From contig JAUCBJ010007116.1 in the NCBI GenBank assembly GCA_032718475.1, forward strand, positions 1 to 64,000: a stretch of DNA of 64,000 bases, in the 5' to 3' direction. Each line of letters opens with the position of its first letter. Position 1 is the first letter of the stretch. Source of the DNA: Nemertoderma westbladi (Eukaryota > Animalia > Xenacoelomorpha). The notes beneath the pieces were generated by a model that worked only from the letters and a program-made list of their open reading frames with translations, was not told where the DNA came from and ran no database searches. Below, piece by piece: positions 12,199 through 23,427 of the stretch. The translations under genes and the position numbers were made by a program.

Positions 12199-13713
12199 CT
12201 AAGTAAAACCATCTTCAGTTTCTGCGCCTTGGTTAACTACACCTTCAGTGATTATTGTTCTAGTTGGGCGTGAAGCGAAGCGACCCTTCCAGCCGGCCCC
12301 TCCATCATATTGTCTGGCAATCTCTGCTGTAGACAGACCCTTAGTCTCTGGCATGTAGACGTAGAGAAAGGCAATGAATAGCAGAACTGAAACCAAGAAG
12401 GGAATGAATGAGTAATCCTGTAAGGCTGCGTCCATGGTGGGGAAAGAAAGAGCCACGGCTAGATTGGTAGTCCAGTTGGCCACGGTCACGATGGCAGTGG
12501 CCGCAGGGCGAGGCCCTTGAAGGAACATCTCGCCGGTAATCAGCCAAGGAATCGATCCGGGACCGGTTGCGAACGAAGTTACGAAACCAAAAGTCGCAAA
12601 GATAATAAGGTAACTCAACCAGTGGCTGTTAGCGTAGTACGTTAGCGACACTGATGATATCGTTATGACTACGCAGAATAAACTGATTCCAGTTAGTCCC
12701 ACTAGATGGAGTGTTCTGCGACCTAGACGGTCCATCAAGGGAACCGTAATCAGCGTCATGGTAACCATAATTGCGCCGATCCCAATCGTAGCGTATTTTG
12801 ATTTGTCGTGAGGAATTCCTGCGTTGGTAAAAAAGTACGTGGAGTAAAAGAATATTGCGGTAATGCCGCAAAGTTGCTGCGACATATGGGTTGCCGTGCA
12901 GATAATAAGCGGTAAGCGTAGATCTTTGGACGAGAGTAACTTGAGCATCGAGAAGTGTCCCTCCCCGCTTCCCTGAGTGTAGGCGCTCACTCTATCACGT
13001 TTAATTTCTTCTAATTCTTCTATCACATTCTCGCCTCTCATCTTCTCGAGACATCTTTCCCCGAGTTCGTCTTCGCACTTGTTAATGATAAGAAATCGCG
13101 GGGATTTCGGCATGAACGGAAGTGCGAGTGCCTGTACGACAGCGGGGATAACGGCCCCCAAGGCGAGGAGAACGGGCCAGGTCCCTTCGGAGCCGAAAAC
13201 CTCGTCGAGACTGAGAACCTGACTGGATAGAATCCCGATAGTGATCGCGAGTTGGTTCAGTGTTCCGAGACCGCCACGGATGCGAACAGGCGCGATTTCA
13301 GTGATGTAGATCGGTACGAGTCCCGTGAAGAAACCGCAGGAGAGACCAGCGAGAAAACGACCGATAACGAGGACTTCGTATGAGTTCGTGATCGTACAGA
13401 TTCCCATTAGTATACCGCCGAGAATGGACAGCGTCTGGACGTAAAGGAGTCCATCCCGTCGACCTACACTGTCTGCAACGAAACCCGCTGATAAGCCCCC
13501 AATCATTCCACCGACAAGCCAGACGGACACCGCCACGCTGAATAAGAGTCTGACAGTTCCTGGAGAGAGACCCCCTCCGTTGCCAGCGACCAGTGACTCT
13601 CCTATAAACTTCTCTATGTGGACCTGTGGGGAGTTTAGGACGCCGGTGTTGAATCCAAACTGAAACATTCCCAGGACAGCAATGAATATAGCGGTGATCA
13701 TTAATGGTTTCAT
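12199..13713 (-). CDS. Facilitated glucose transporter, SLC2A class I (GLUT1-like), intronless
   Basis: FQFGFNTGVLNSPQ, EIAPVRIRG, QQLCGITAIFFYST, DRLGRRTL, GPGSIPW and PETKG motifs; MFS-type hydrophobic segments. Confidence 0.95.
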   Translation of the reverse strand: MKPLMITAIFIAVLGMFQFGFNTGVLNSPQVHIEKFIGESLVAGNGGGLSPGTVRLLFSVAVSVWLVGGMIGGLSAGFVADSVGRRDGLLYVQTLSILGGILMGICTITNSYEVLVIGRFLAGLSCGFFTGLVPIYITEIAPVRIRGGLGTLNQLAITIGILSSQVLSLDEVFGSEGTWPVLLALGAVIPAVVQALALPFMPKSPRFLIINKCEDELGERCLEKMRGENVIEELEEIKRDRVSAYTQGSGEGHFSMLKLLSSKDLRLPLIICTATHMSQQLCGITAIFFYSTYFFTNAGIPHDKSKYATIGIGAIMVTMTLITVPLMDRLGRRTLHLVGLTGISLFCVVITISSVSLTYYANSHWLSYLIIFATFGFVTSFATGPGSIPWLITGEMFLQGPRPAATAIVTVANWTTNLAVALSFPTMDAALQDYSFIPFLVSVLLFIAFLYVYMPETKGLSTAEIARQYDGGAGWKGRFASRPTRTIITEGVVNQGAETEDGFT

Positions 13714-14760
13714 TGCGTTAATTAATTAATTAATTCTTTAAAATAATTCATATGACCTTTAATACCACCTTTCTTTAATTAAAAAAATGATCAGTTTATC
13801 TTTGCTCTTGGAATAATATTGTTAATTAATCAAAGTAAAACACACTATATAATATTAAGATTTTATTAAATAAAATTTAAAATAATAGCAAATTCAATAA
13901 AAATATTAACATAATGTAATCACGAAAGTTAAAATATCTCTTAGATTTGTACCCATGGGTATTCGTACATTTATACTCATGCGTTGTTGTTTTACCTTTG
14001 CAAATTTAAATGCGTGAATGAAACTATAAGATCCTGAACTATTTTTCATGTTCTTTACATTATTTTATGTTGGACATGCCATCCATGTGTGAAAACGTTT
14101 ATGGCACCATTATGGGACGGCAATGATGGGAGCAAGCTGACTTAACTGGCGCGAGTTAATTCGTCAAACTGAAATATTTCAATTGCTTGAAATGTATTAT
14201 ATTCATAGGCGCACCATTTATCATCAACCGAAAACATGATTGGCTCAAGTTTGTGGCGCTGCTTCTCAGTGGTCTGTTCTTCACACCTATAGATATTCCT
14301 TTTATGGTACCTGTTTCTTGCTTGGCATAAATAATACATGAAACAACAGTTAAACTAAAATACAATAATTGAGATCTGTAAACAAGCACCGACACTTCCA
14401 ACCAAATTAACTAAGTTATAGACAAATTTATCTTGAATTAAAAACTGATCTCATTGATAGCTAACTACTCGTTTATATACACTGTAAATACAATAATAAT
14501 TTATGTTAAGTTTTAAAGGTCATTACCGATTAACCCACCACACTCCGTGTAAAAGTAATGTTTACATTGGCTGAAAGAGCAATAAACTGATAAAGTGAAT
14601 GTATAAATAGGTAGTTGTTATGGTGGATAACATGAAGGTGTATTAAAGCGCGACGGGCCTACAACTATAATCCTAAACTAGAGACGGTGGAGAAACAACT
14701 GAGAATCATTAAGTCATTAAGTTATCCGTAACTACTACAGTATGTAGTACTACTGCTGTT

Positions 14761-15978
14761 TACTACTACCAGGATCGGCATGCTGCATTGCAGCTACATT
14801 TTTAAGAATGCTGTGCCGGCTTGTCAACAAAATTGCGCCGCCACAAGTCCCTATCACCCATGACATTTGCTAGATCATCCGCATCTTCAAGGCCAGTCTC
14901 CTTTAAGATGCGTCTCAAGAAAGTCATTGTCTGTTCACCATGCTTATTCACTCCATGAGGCCACCAAAGCACAAGATTATGCACTGGCGTGTCCTCACAG
15001 CGAAAACAATTTCCTGCAAAGCAGAGGCGGCTTCGTTCTAGTGTCAAGCTTGGTGGAAACAATGAGACACCTCCAATTTTATATAGTGTCTGGTTGGAGA
15101 TATGTGCATTGTACCTGGCACAGTGAACCCAGCGTAGCATTCTTGTGAATGTGCCATCCAGAGATTTGGTGTCCTCAGCAGTTATAGCTCTGAATCGACT
15201 CCCATGGAGGAGTACTGGAACTACTGCCGCTCTAAATAATCGAACCTTAAGTTTCCGATTAATTCTATGTGACTTCCAAATCCTGGAAAGCCTATTCAAG
15301 GCTGCCCATGCCTTTCCCATACGAATTCGAAGGTCCTCACCTGATTTCCGGATCCATGATCCCAGGTAACAGAAGTCGTCCACATGATCAAGCAAACCAT
15401 CCTTTGAGCTGATGCTCATCCGGTCAGAGACTTGCTGAGAACTTTCAAAGTTATCTCTCAAAATTTTGGTCTTTTGTAGTTAATAAAAATACGAACACCA
15501 CAAGCAGCCTGTTCTAATGAGCTGAGGAGCCGTTGGGAACCCACTAGTGATTCTGAGTGTACTCCTAAGTCATCATCAAATTCTAGATCAGTTAGGTACT
15601 TGGCAGGATTTCCTCGACTTCTGGAGCCAGTAGGTGGAGTTACCATCACCCCGTCATTATTATGATGATCTAAGGACATGCGTAGAACATAGTCAACTCA
15701 ACCACAATTATGAACAAGAATGGCGCGAGTGTGTCTCCCTGGAGGACTCCACAGAATACTTGAAATGGCTCTGTGTGACCGTCAACAGTAGACACAAATG
15801 TTGTCGAACCATCGTATACTGATCAGATTGCTGCAATAATTTCATCAGGAATCCTATATAATGAAAGTATATTGAACATACGTGAGCGAGAGACTGAATC
15901 AAAGGCCTTGAAGAAGTCAACAAAGATAACAGCCAGATGCCTGTCTTTCTTTTTTGATAACTCTTCAATTATCCTTAT
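14761..15978 (-). mobile_element. 5'-truncated, degenerate RTE-type LINE copy
   Basis: Similar to the 3' part of the 23469-26786 ORF, with frameshifts and FADD->FDDD; (TAC)n tail at ~14761. Confidence 0.92.
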
Positions 15979-16387
15979 AAGTCACTTATTCTATCCGTAA
16001 CTGTATGCCTCGTTGTGATCGTCCTGTACATCTTCCGACCGAAATCTATCACTCTTCACTCTCAGCACATTTATTGGCCCGATTTTACCGACAATAAATA
16101 ATGCCGTAAATGCTTTATTTACCTGCATTTTATTATGTGGAAATATGTAAAGGTATTTCAATAAAGTTAAATCTGTTATTATAGTTCTAAAAGGAACAAA
16201 AAACCACAACAAATAAATCCCCCCCCCCCCCCCCCCCCCCTCCTCAATCCCGAATAAGATGGGGTACCTAAAGTATCTAAATTTTCTTAGAATATGGCCT
16301 GCTGAACAGTTCCCCTACTAATAACTAACTAGACGTCCTGTAATAATTGTACATAGGCCTTCATAGCTTGTTCTACTTCCAGTAATA

Positions 16388-16520
16388 TACAATAGAGGAG
16401 GTCCAAGCGACCAACACAACCACTACCGAGTTGGAGTGTCATTGAACCTATTGTTTCGATGGGACAGGGCCCTTTCCTGCTATGGACAGGTCTTTCCCTT
16501 ACAATACCTCCAATATTGTA
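16388..16520. mobile_element. Possible short MITE with TA ends
   Basis: Imperfect terminal inverted repeat TACAATAGAGGAGGT / ACCTCCAATATTGTA. Confidence 0.3.
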
Positions 16521-16934
16521 GCCAATATCACTAACTATAACTCATTGTACTTAGTGGGGGTTGTCATTATGTTAAATATCAGATCGCCTTTATTGAGTAA
16601 ACTTTAAGTTGGTTTTTTAGTAGTAGAGTAGAAGAGTGTAGACTTCAGTATCTTATTATTATTCAAGTTCTTTAATAGCTATTGTAGTAATCAAAACTTG
16701 AGAGACATTTATTCAATCTGATACTGGTTTAAAATTAGGGAAATAAAATAAATTTGTATATATTTGATATTTGTAATAATATCGTTTGGGGTGTTACGAT
16801 TTAGATGTACTGTACATAGAACTGAGAACTGGGGGGAAATTGGACGCAAATCCCATGTTGGCAAATTAATATCCTGCCTCAATATTAAATTCTCAATTTA
16901 AGGAAAAGCCCTCTAAGGCCTCCTTTTTCCTTTA

Positions 16935-17075
16935 TATAGATAGATAGATTTATTTATATATTATGTAAAAACAATAACAAATACACCAAACAATGTACCT
17001 GTATAAAGGTATTGTCCAACATAACATATAGGATTACCCCTAAAGCTTTGCAGCTTATTTCCAAGGGGGTCCTTT
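16935..17075 (-). mobile_element. Possible 3' end fragment of another LINE/SINE
   Basis: Minus strand reads stem-loop ggacccccttggaaataagc...ggggtaatcc, then aataaataaat and an (ATCT)n tail. Confidence 0.35.
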
Positions 17076-18051
17076 ATGTTACTTGGTTACAATAATACAA
17101 TATTACACTACGCTAACCTAAAACCAATATAAAACGTAATTACACTATGTACATGTACAACTTTACCGAGAGCGTCACAATGTCCGACTCAACGATAAAG
17201 ATGTAATCTTTAAGGAAAAAGGTGTTTACCTTTAAGTTTAAGGAAAAGGAGCAGGGAGCAGTTATTTTGACCAAAACAATACACTAAACACAATAGTACA
17301 GGTTACAGAATTGAATGAGTCACTTGAATGAGTGAACATTGAATGAGTCTTTGTATACTGAATTTGTATTACAAAAACGCATTGTTGTTTGCTACAACAG
17401 CAGTGCCCTCCTCTTTCTGCGTTTCACTTTCTATTCTGTATCTACTATATTAATTGAGAGGAATCCAATGTTTTTGAGGCGGAGCGCCGATGGACTTACG
17501 CAAATCCTAATGTATATCGTAGAATTAATATCTCGTCTCAATGTTAAATTTTCAATTAAATGAAAGGAGTAGGTTACTGTGGCACGTTATTCCAACCAAA
17601 ACAATATACTACATTTATTAAGTAGAACAGGATTCAGTTTTATTTTTGAGAGTAATCAGCTGTTATTTGCGTCGATTTTCCCCGGAGGGGGTGAATTTTG
17701 ATTGCGACCAGTCCTCTCCCTTACCTGATATTTTTACTAATTATATAATTCAACGTTTCCTTTATTGAGTTATACTGTACATCTCTTGGTAGGTTCAGTA
17801 CATGTTCATTACGCCGTTTAATTAAATAAATCGTATTATACTGGACTGACAGTAAAATGTCAAATAATAAGTTATTAATAATAATAAGTTAAAAAGTAAT
17901 TTAATTGAGTGCCTCTGTCCGTGTACCACACAGTAGAATATATATTTATCTCTTATTACAGACTCTACAGTTTATAATCTACATTATTTGTATCCTATAT
18001 TTTATAATCATTATTCTCTGTATAACTGTGTGGTGGAATCCATCTCGTAAA

Positions 18052-20643
18052 ATGAGTCATATTTCCGGCACCCAGGGGAATTACAATCGCCCTCCACACA
18101 ATTGTCGGACTCAAACAGATCGGGAAAAAGATTTTCTCGACCTATCTCGACGTTCTCTGAATCACCCAGGAAGTTATGGCTACTCTAATGACGTCGTACA
18201 TGGCGTTCTGAGTCCGACTAAAGAAGACAATCGCCATCGTATATCAAGAGATAACCGTTGCCACGATAGACGATCGTTTTCTGGTTACCCCAATAGAAAG
18301 TCGCACGATGATAAAACTAATTGTGCGCAGCCAGATCCTCTCTATGCGTCAGTCGATATGAATCGCAAACGAGAGCGACAGAATCTGGATCTGAATAAGG
18401 ATGATATTATTGCGAAGGGAAATCCTGGCAGAAAGAATCCGTATGATCATCTGCCCGGTAGAGGGTGTATTGAATTGAGCTGTTTTGAAAGAGATACATT
18501 GCCTATTGGTCCTAGGATTGATAACAACTACAGCTTCAAATCAGTGGCATTGAGTAATAGCGAACCTAGATCTGGACAAAACATCGATTTCGAAGATATA
18601 ATTGTGAGCCCAGTACACCATGATCTATCGTCCACAACTTCTAAAAGCGGTACAGCGTACAAGGATAATGCAAATAAGTCTAATGGGTTCTCTAATTTGG
18701 CCTTCAAAGTCGAATTCGATGAAGAGAAGAAGCCAAATGGTAATGTAACAAACGCGGACGCGCAAGGAAATCTACTAAACGTAGATGACAAACGAGATAA
18801 CTGGGATAACAAAGTACAGTATCTTCTAGCTTTGATTGGTTATGCTGTGGGGCTCGGGAATGTATGGAGGTTCCCATACCTTCTACAGAAGAACGGTGGT
18901 GGAGTCTTTCTTATCCCATATGTGATTTGCCTCTTTGTTATCGGGTTGCCAATGATGATTCTTGAGTTAGGTATTGGTCAGAGAATTCGGAGGGGACCAT
19001 TTCATGCGTGGAATCAAGTATCAGGTTACATGTCAGGTATTGGTAAAGCAATGTTATGTGTTTTGATCGTGAGTGGAATTTATTATAACACTATCATATC
19101 TTGGGTTTTATTTTATCTTTTCAGTTCATTCCAATCACCTTTGCCTTGGGCCAGATGTCCTGAAGATTACAATCCCAGCAATAAGTCGTACACAGTTCCT
19201 CCTGAATGCATTCAGTCTTCACCTACCAATTACTTCTGGTACCGCACAGCACTAAACATCGCTCCTGACATTGGGTCGTCATCTGGAATGAGTTGGAGAT
19301 TGGTTATCTGCACATTTGCGGCATGGCTGCTTATCTTTGTTTGCATGTTTAAGGGAATCAAAAGTTCTGGTAAAGTCGTATATTTCACGGCTACATTTCC
19401 TTATCTGGTTCTTACAATCTTTCTTGTACGAGGTCTTACTCTTGAGGGATGTCTTGATGGCCTGCAGCACATGTTTGAACCGGATATCAGCCAACTATGG
19501 CATCCAAACGTTTGGCTTGAAGCTGCAACTCAAATCTTCTTTTCTTTGAGTTTATCAAGTGGTGGTTTAATGGCGATGGCTTCTTATATGCCAATTAACA
19601 ACAATTTCTACAAAGATGCCATGATAGTTTCATTTGTAAACTGTGGAACTTCACTATATGCTGGGCTCGTGGTCTTCAGTATTGTTGGTTTCAAAGCCAA
19701 TATCGATTTTAAGGATTGTATCACTCGTCGAGATAATTTGCTGGTGGAAACGATTGGCAGGACGGTTGACATTCCTGATATAGGAGAGACAATAGGTCAA
19801 TTGAGAGTGACTGAAGATGGAGCTTTGGAATGGTTTACAGGACCAATGCCAGAGGTTCCTGTTTGTGACCTTTCTAAATTTCTCCAACAAAGCGTCAGTG
19901 GTACCGGGTTGTCGTTTATCACTATATCTGAGGCAATCATTCAGTTTGGAGAAAGTGCGCCTTTATGGTCTGTCCTGTTCTACTTCATGCTTGTAACATT
20001 GGGTCTGGACTCAATGTTTGGCACAATGGAAGGAATTCTTACAACTCTTAATGACATAAAGTTCACTTCTCGTATAGCGAAACCAATTCGAACGGCTGCT
20101 GTCTGCACTGTTGGCTTTCTTCTTTCTCTAATGTTTTGTTCATCTGTTGGAGAATATCTCATACAGGTGTTTGATGAATACGGCGTCACTGTACCTCTGC
20201 TAGTTATCGCCCTATTCGAAGCGATCGCCATTGGCTGGATCTATGGCATGCAGAGATTCGCTGACGATTTTGAGCTGATAATTGGCCAACGTCTCAGCGT
20301 TTATTGGATGTTATGCATTCGTTACATCGCCCCGGTTCTAATGTTGGCCATATTCATAGCCTCGGTCGTATCTAAACTTATTTGGCCAATTACCTACGCA
20401 AATTGGGACGCAAAAAAAGGACAGCAAGGTAAACTGGCTCACCCAGGGTGGTCGCAGTTCCTTTGTGCATTTCTGTCGATATTCTGTACGATATGGATTC
20501 CCTTGTTTTTTCTTCTTCGACTTTTCAAAGTTCTCAAGACCGATAAAGAATTTGCATATTTCCCCGAAGATGAACTTCGCCGAATTCACGAAATAAAAGG
20601 AAAAGCCACTTATCTGGAGAGAAAACTTTTCTGTTTTAAGTAA
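18052..20643 (+). CDS. SLC6 Na+-dependent neutral amino-acid transporter (SLC6A15-20/B0AT-like), intronless
   Basis: RDNWDNKVQYLLALIGYAVGLGNVWRFPYL, GKVVYFTATFPY, AATQIFFSL, extended Cys-containing EL4 before SGTGLSFI, LGLDSMFG. First ATG is at 18052 (the track start 17905 is TTG). Confidence 0.95.
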   Translation: MSHISGTQGNYNRPPHNCRTQTDREKDFLDLSRRSLNHPGSYGYSNDVVHGVLSPTKEDNRHRISRDNRCHDRRSFSGYPNRKSHDDKTNCAQPDPLYASVDMNRKRERQNLDLNKDDIIAKGNPGRKNPYDHLPGRGCIELSCFERDTLPIGPRIDNNYSFKSVALSNSEPRSGQNIDFEDIIVSPVHHDLSSTTSKSGTAYKDNANKSNGFSNLAFKVEFDEEKKPNGNVTNADAQGNLLNVDDKRDNWDNKVQYLLALIGYAVGLGNVWRFPYLLQKNGGGVFLIPYVICLFVIGLPMMILELGIGQRIRRGPFHAWNQVSGYMSGIGKAMLCVLIVSGIYYNTIISWVLFYLFSSFQSPLPWARCPEDYNPSNKSYTVPPECIQSSPTNYFWYRTALNIAPDIGSSSGMSWRLVICTFAAWLLIFVCMFKGIKSSGKVVYFTATFPYLVLTIFLVRGLTLEGCLDGLQHMFEPDISQLWHPNVWLEAATQIFFSLSLSSGGLMAMASYMPINNNFYKDAMIVSFVNCGTSLYAGLVVFSIVGFKANIDFKDCITRRDNLLVETIGRTVDIPDIGETIGQLRVTEDGALEWFTGPMPEVPVCDLSKFLQQSVSGTGLSFITISEAIIQFGESAPLWSVLFYFMLVTLGLDSMFGTMEGILTTLNDIKFTSRIAKPIRTAAVCTVGFLLSLMFCSSVGEYLIQVFDEYGVTVPLLVIALFEAIAIGWIYGMQRFADDFELIIGQRLSVYWMLCIRYIAPVLMLAIFIASVVSKLIWPITYANWDAKKGQQGKLAHPGWSQFLCAFLSIFCTIWIPLFFLLRLFKVLKTDKEFAYFPEDELRRIHEIKGKATYLERKLFCFK

Positions 20644-21627
20644 ATTTTATTGTTTCTGTAGTTGTTCGTGAAATAATTTTTCAACCTTCAATCAGCTAGT
20701 CATACGACCACAGACACTCCAATTGAAGAACGATTAATGTTTTTGTCATTTTCAACTTAGAGATAATACAATAAATAACTTATATACTGTACTAAAAATT
20801 TATTAATTTGGTGTTAACGTATACATAGTGACTGGCATTGGTTTTAATATTGTTTATTTAATACGATTTTTACTTTCTGAATTTACACTACTGACAATTT
20901 TATTGATAATATATAAGTTTCTACTGTTAATTATTTATTAGCTAAGTTTTTAAATCCGGTTTCCTATTCCAAGACATGTTACTTATTTTCATACATTTAA
21001 TATGCTGATCACTGGATTCATTTATGTGATAACTATAAAAATTACCAAAATATATGCGGAAATTTCATTAATTGACCTGCCAAATATATTAACCCGCCGA
21101 AGACAGTTTGATTCAGGTTACACCCAGGACCGTTTGGGTCAAATTGACCCACGGTATATTACAGTATTGATAATATTATCTCAATCAAAATGACCAACAG
21201 TGAGGTTTTATCAGTGTGGAAACTCTTTTGCGACTTACGGGCAAGTTACTTAGGCTATTTACATCCGATTTGGCGAGCGTAGCGAGTGACACAACGAAAC
21301 GAGGGTTTCTCATTTTGTTCAGATATGAACTGTACATAGAAATGTTGACAACTCCACCTGAACAAGCGTGTGTATCAATATGAGTTTCATAATATCATTG
21401 ACTTAAGTACTCAGACTATTTCCATCAAACTGGGATTGATTAACGAGCAAAGCGAGTGACACAGGTTTCCATATTACACACACGCACCGACGTCCGACAT
21501 ACAAACAGACATACTGTACAAACAGACGAATTGACTTGTGTTGTTGGGCGATGTTGTTTAACATCGCCCTGACTTGGAAAATTGATGTGTTTACAGAATT
21601 CAACTTTGCAAAACCTTTTTCAACTTT

Positions 21628-21790
21628 TCACAACTTTTACTTTAACACTTTTTTTTAATTTGACTTTTATTATTTAGGCAACGCCAAGGGCCGTTTGGGT
21701 CAAAATGACCCATTTTGACCCAAACGGCCCTTGGCGTTGCCTAAATAATAAAAGTCAAATTAAAAAAAAGTGTTAAAGTAAAAGTTGTGA
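21628..21790. repeat. Perfect inverted repeat, 80-bp arms, 3-nt spacer
   Basis: 21628-21707 is the reverse complement of 21711-21790. Confidence 0.92.
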
Positions 21791-21856
21791 CCCGGTTACA
21801 TTTGGATAGAGTTCAGAATTCATGAAATATTGTAAACCCAATCATTATATTGAATT

Positions 21857-22547
21857 TGGTATGCTTGAGCATTTTTACGACTTCTGTTACCTGGGATCAT
21901 GGATCCGGAAGTCAGGTGAGGACCTTCGTATACGTAAGGGAAAGGCATGGGCAGCCTTGAATAGGCTTTCCAGGATTTGGATGTCACCGAGAATTAATAG
22001 GAAACTTAAGGTCCGATTATTTAGAGCATTTTATTAGATTATTTATTATTTTAGTAGATTATTTATTATTCAGTAGTTCCAGTACTCCTCTATGGGAGTC
22101 CATGCTGGGCTCTAACTGCTGAGGACACCAAATCTCTGGATGGCACATTCACAAGAATGCTACGCCGGGTTCATTGTGTCAAGTACAATGCACACATCTC
22201 CAACCAGACACTATATAACATTGGAGGTGTCTCATTGGTTCCCCCAAGCATGACACTAGAACAAAATCGCCTCCGCTTTGCAGGACATTGCTTTCGCCGT
22301 GAGGACCAGCCAGTGCATAATCTTGTACTTTGGCAGCCTCATGGATTGAATAAGCATGGTGGACAGCCCATGACTTTCTTGAGACGCATCTTAAAGGACA
22401 CTGGCCTTGAAGATGCGGATGATCTAGCAAATGTCATGGGTGATAGGGAGTTGTGGCGGTGCAATTTTGTTGACAAGCCGGCACAGCATTCTTAAAAATG
22501 CAGCTGCAATGCAGCATGCCGATCCTAGTAGTAGTAGTAGTAGTAGT
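21857..22547 (+). mobile_element. 5'-truncated RTE-type LINE copy
   Basis: Same family as 23469-26786; AT-rich insertion at ~22029-22070; (TAG)n tail at ~22526-22547. Confidence 0.92.
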
Positions 22548-22874
22548 GTACAGTGCATGTAAACTTCATTTTGGGTCAATTTGACCCAAACGGTCCTCTG
22601 ACTTAAAAGACAACAGGTATAATTTACCGGTTCGTACTAAAATGTACAGTTCAGTATTAACCAATTCGCTAATTCATTATGACTTAGATATACCCTTGTC
22701 ACTAGGGTTAATTTATCCAATAATATTATAGCGAGTTAATTTATTTACTAACATGTGATAATAAATTACTGAATTCGACGAGTTAATTATAGCAATAAGC
22801 TTGTTTATAATATAGCACAAATAAGTAGTTATACATAATAATACTTAAAAAAGACAATAAGTAATAGAGCATTG

Positions 22875-23190
22875 TACTATACAGCATTGGTGGTGCTCAT
22901 TGGTATCCCAAATTGTGTCACTTGAATAGAGTCGCCCCCGCTTTGTATGACATTTCCTTCACCGTGAGTTCCAGCCTGGACACTATCCTGTACATTGGTA
23001 ACCTAATGGAGAGATAATAAGCATGGTGGACAGCCCCATGGTGGACAGCCCCATGGTGGACAGCCCCATGGTGGACAGCCCCATGGTGGAAAGCCCATGG
23101 TGGACAGCCCATGGTGGACAGCCCCATGGTGGACAGCCCCATGGTGGACAGCCCCATGGTGGACAGCCCATGACTTTTGAGACGCCTCAA
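22875..23190 (+). mobile_element. Old diverged fragment of the same LINE containing a 15-bp minisatellite (~10 copies)
   Basis: Aligns by eye to the LINE 3' region (...cgcctccgctttgcaggacatt...aataagcatggtggacagcccatgactttcttgagacgc); catggtggacagccc is tandemly repeated at 23022-23172. Confidence 0.8.
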
Positions 23191-23427
23191 AGATTTCCTC
23201 CCGCATGGGTGATATTATTAACCCATCGCAGCCATAAATGAGAGATGGAAAACTGTCAAAAAACTAATGTAATTATAAATTACTAATTGGATAATCTCAG
23301 ACCGTTGTAAACTAACTACGGCAGTTAGATGTAAGCACCACAAACCACGGTAGAGTTACTGTCGCAGCTGCAATAAAATCTAATCAGATATAAAATCGTA
23401 ATATAATAATGTACACTAGAATGTCGG

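Larger units (their letters stand above)
21088..22711. mobile_element. piggyBac-like non-autonomous element with a nested LINE fragment
   Basis: TTAA-CCC...GGG-TTAA ends; inverted subterminal motifs aggaccgtttgggtcaaattgaccca (~21127) and tgggtcaatttgacccaaacggtcct (~22572). Confidence 0.55.

Noticed and set aside
17905-18051. Hydrophobic N-terminal extension of the SLC6 ORF
   Set aside because: TTG start in AT-rich UTR/intron-like sequence; ATG 18052 preferred.
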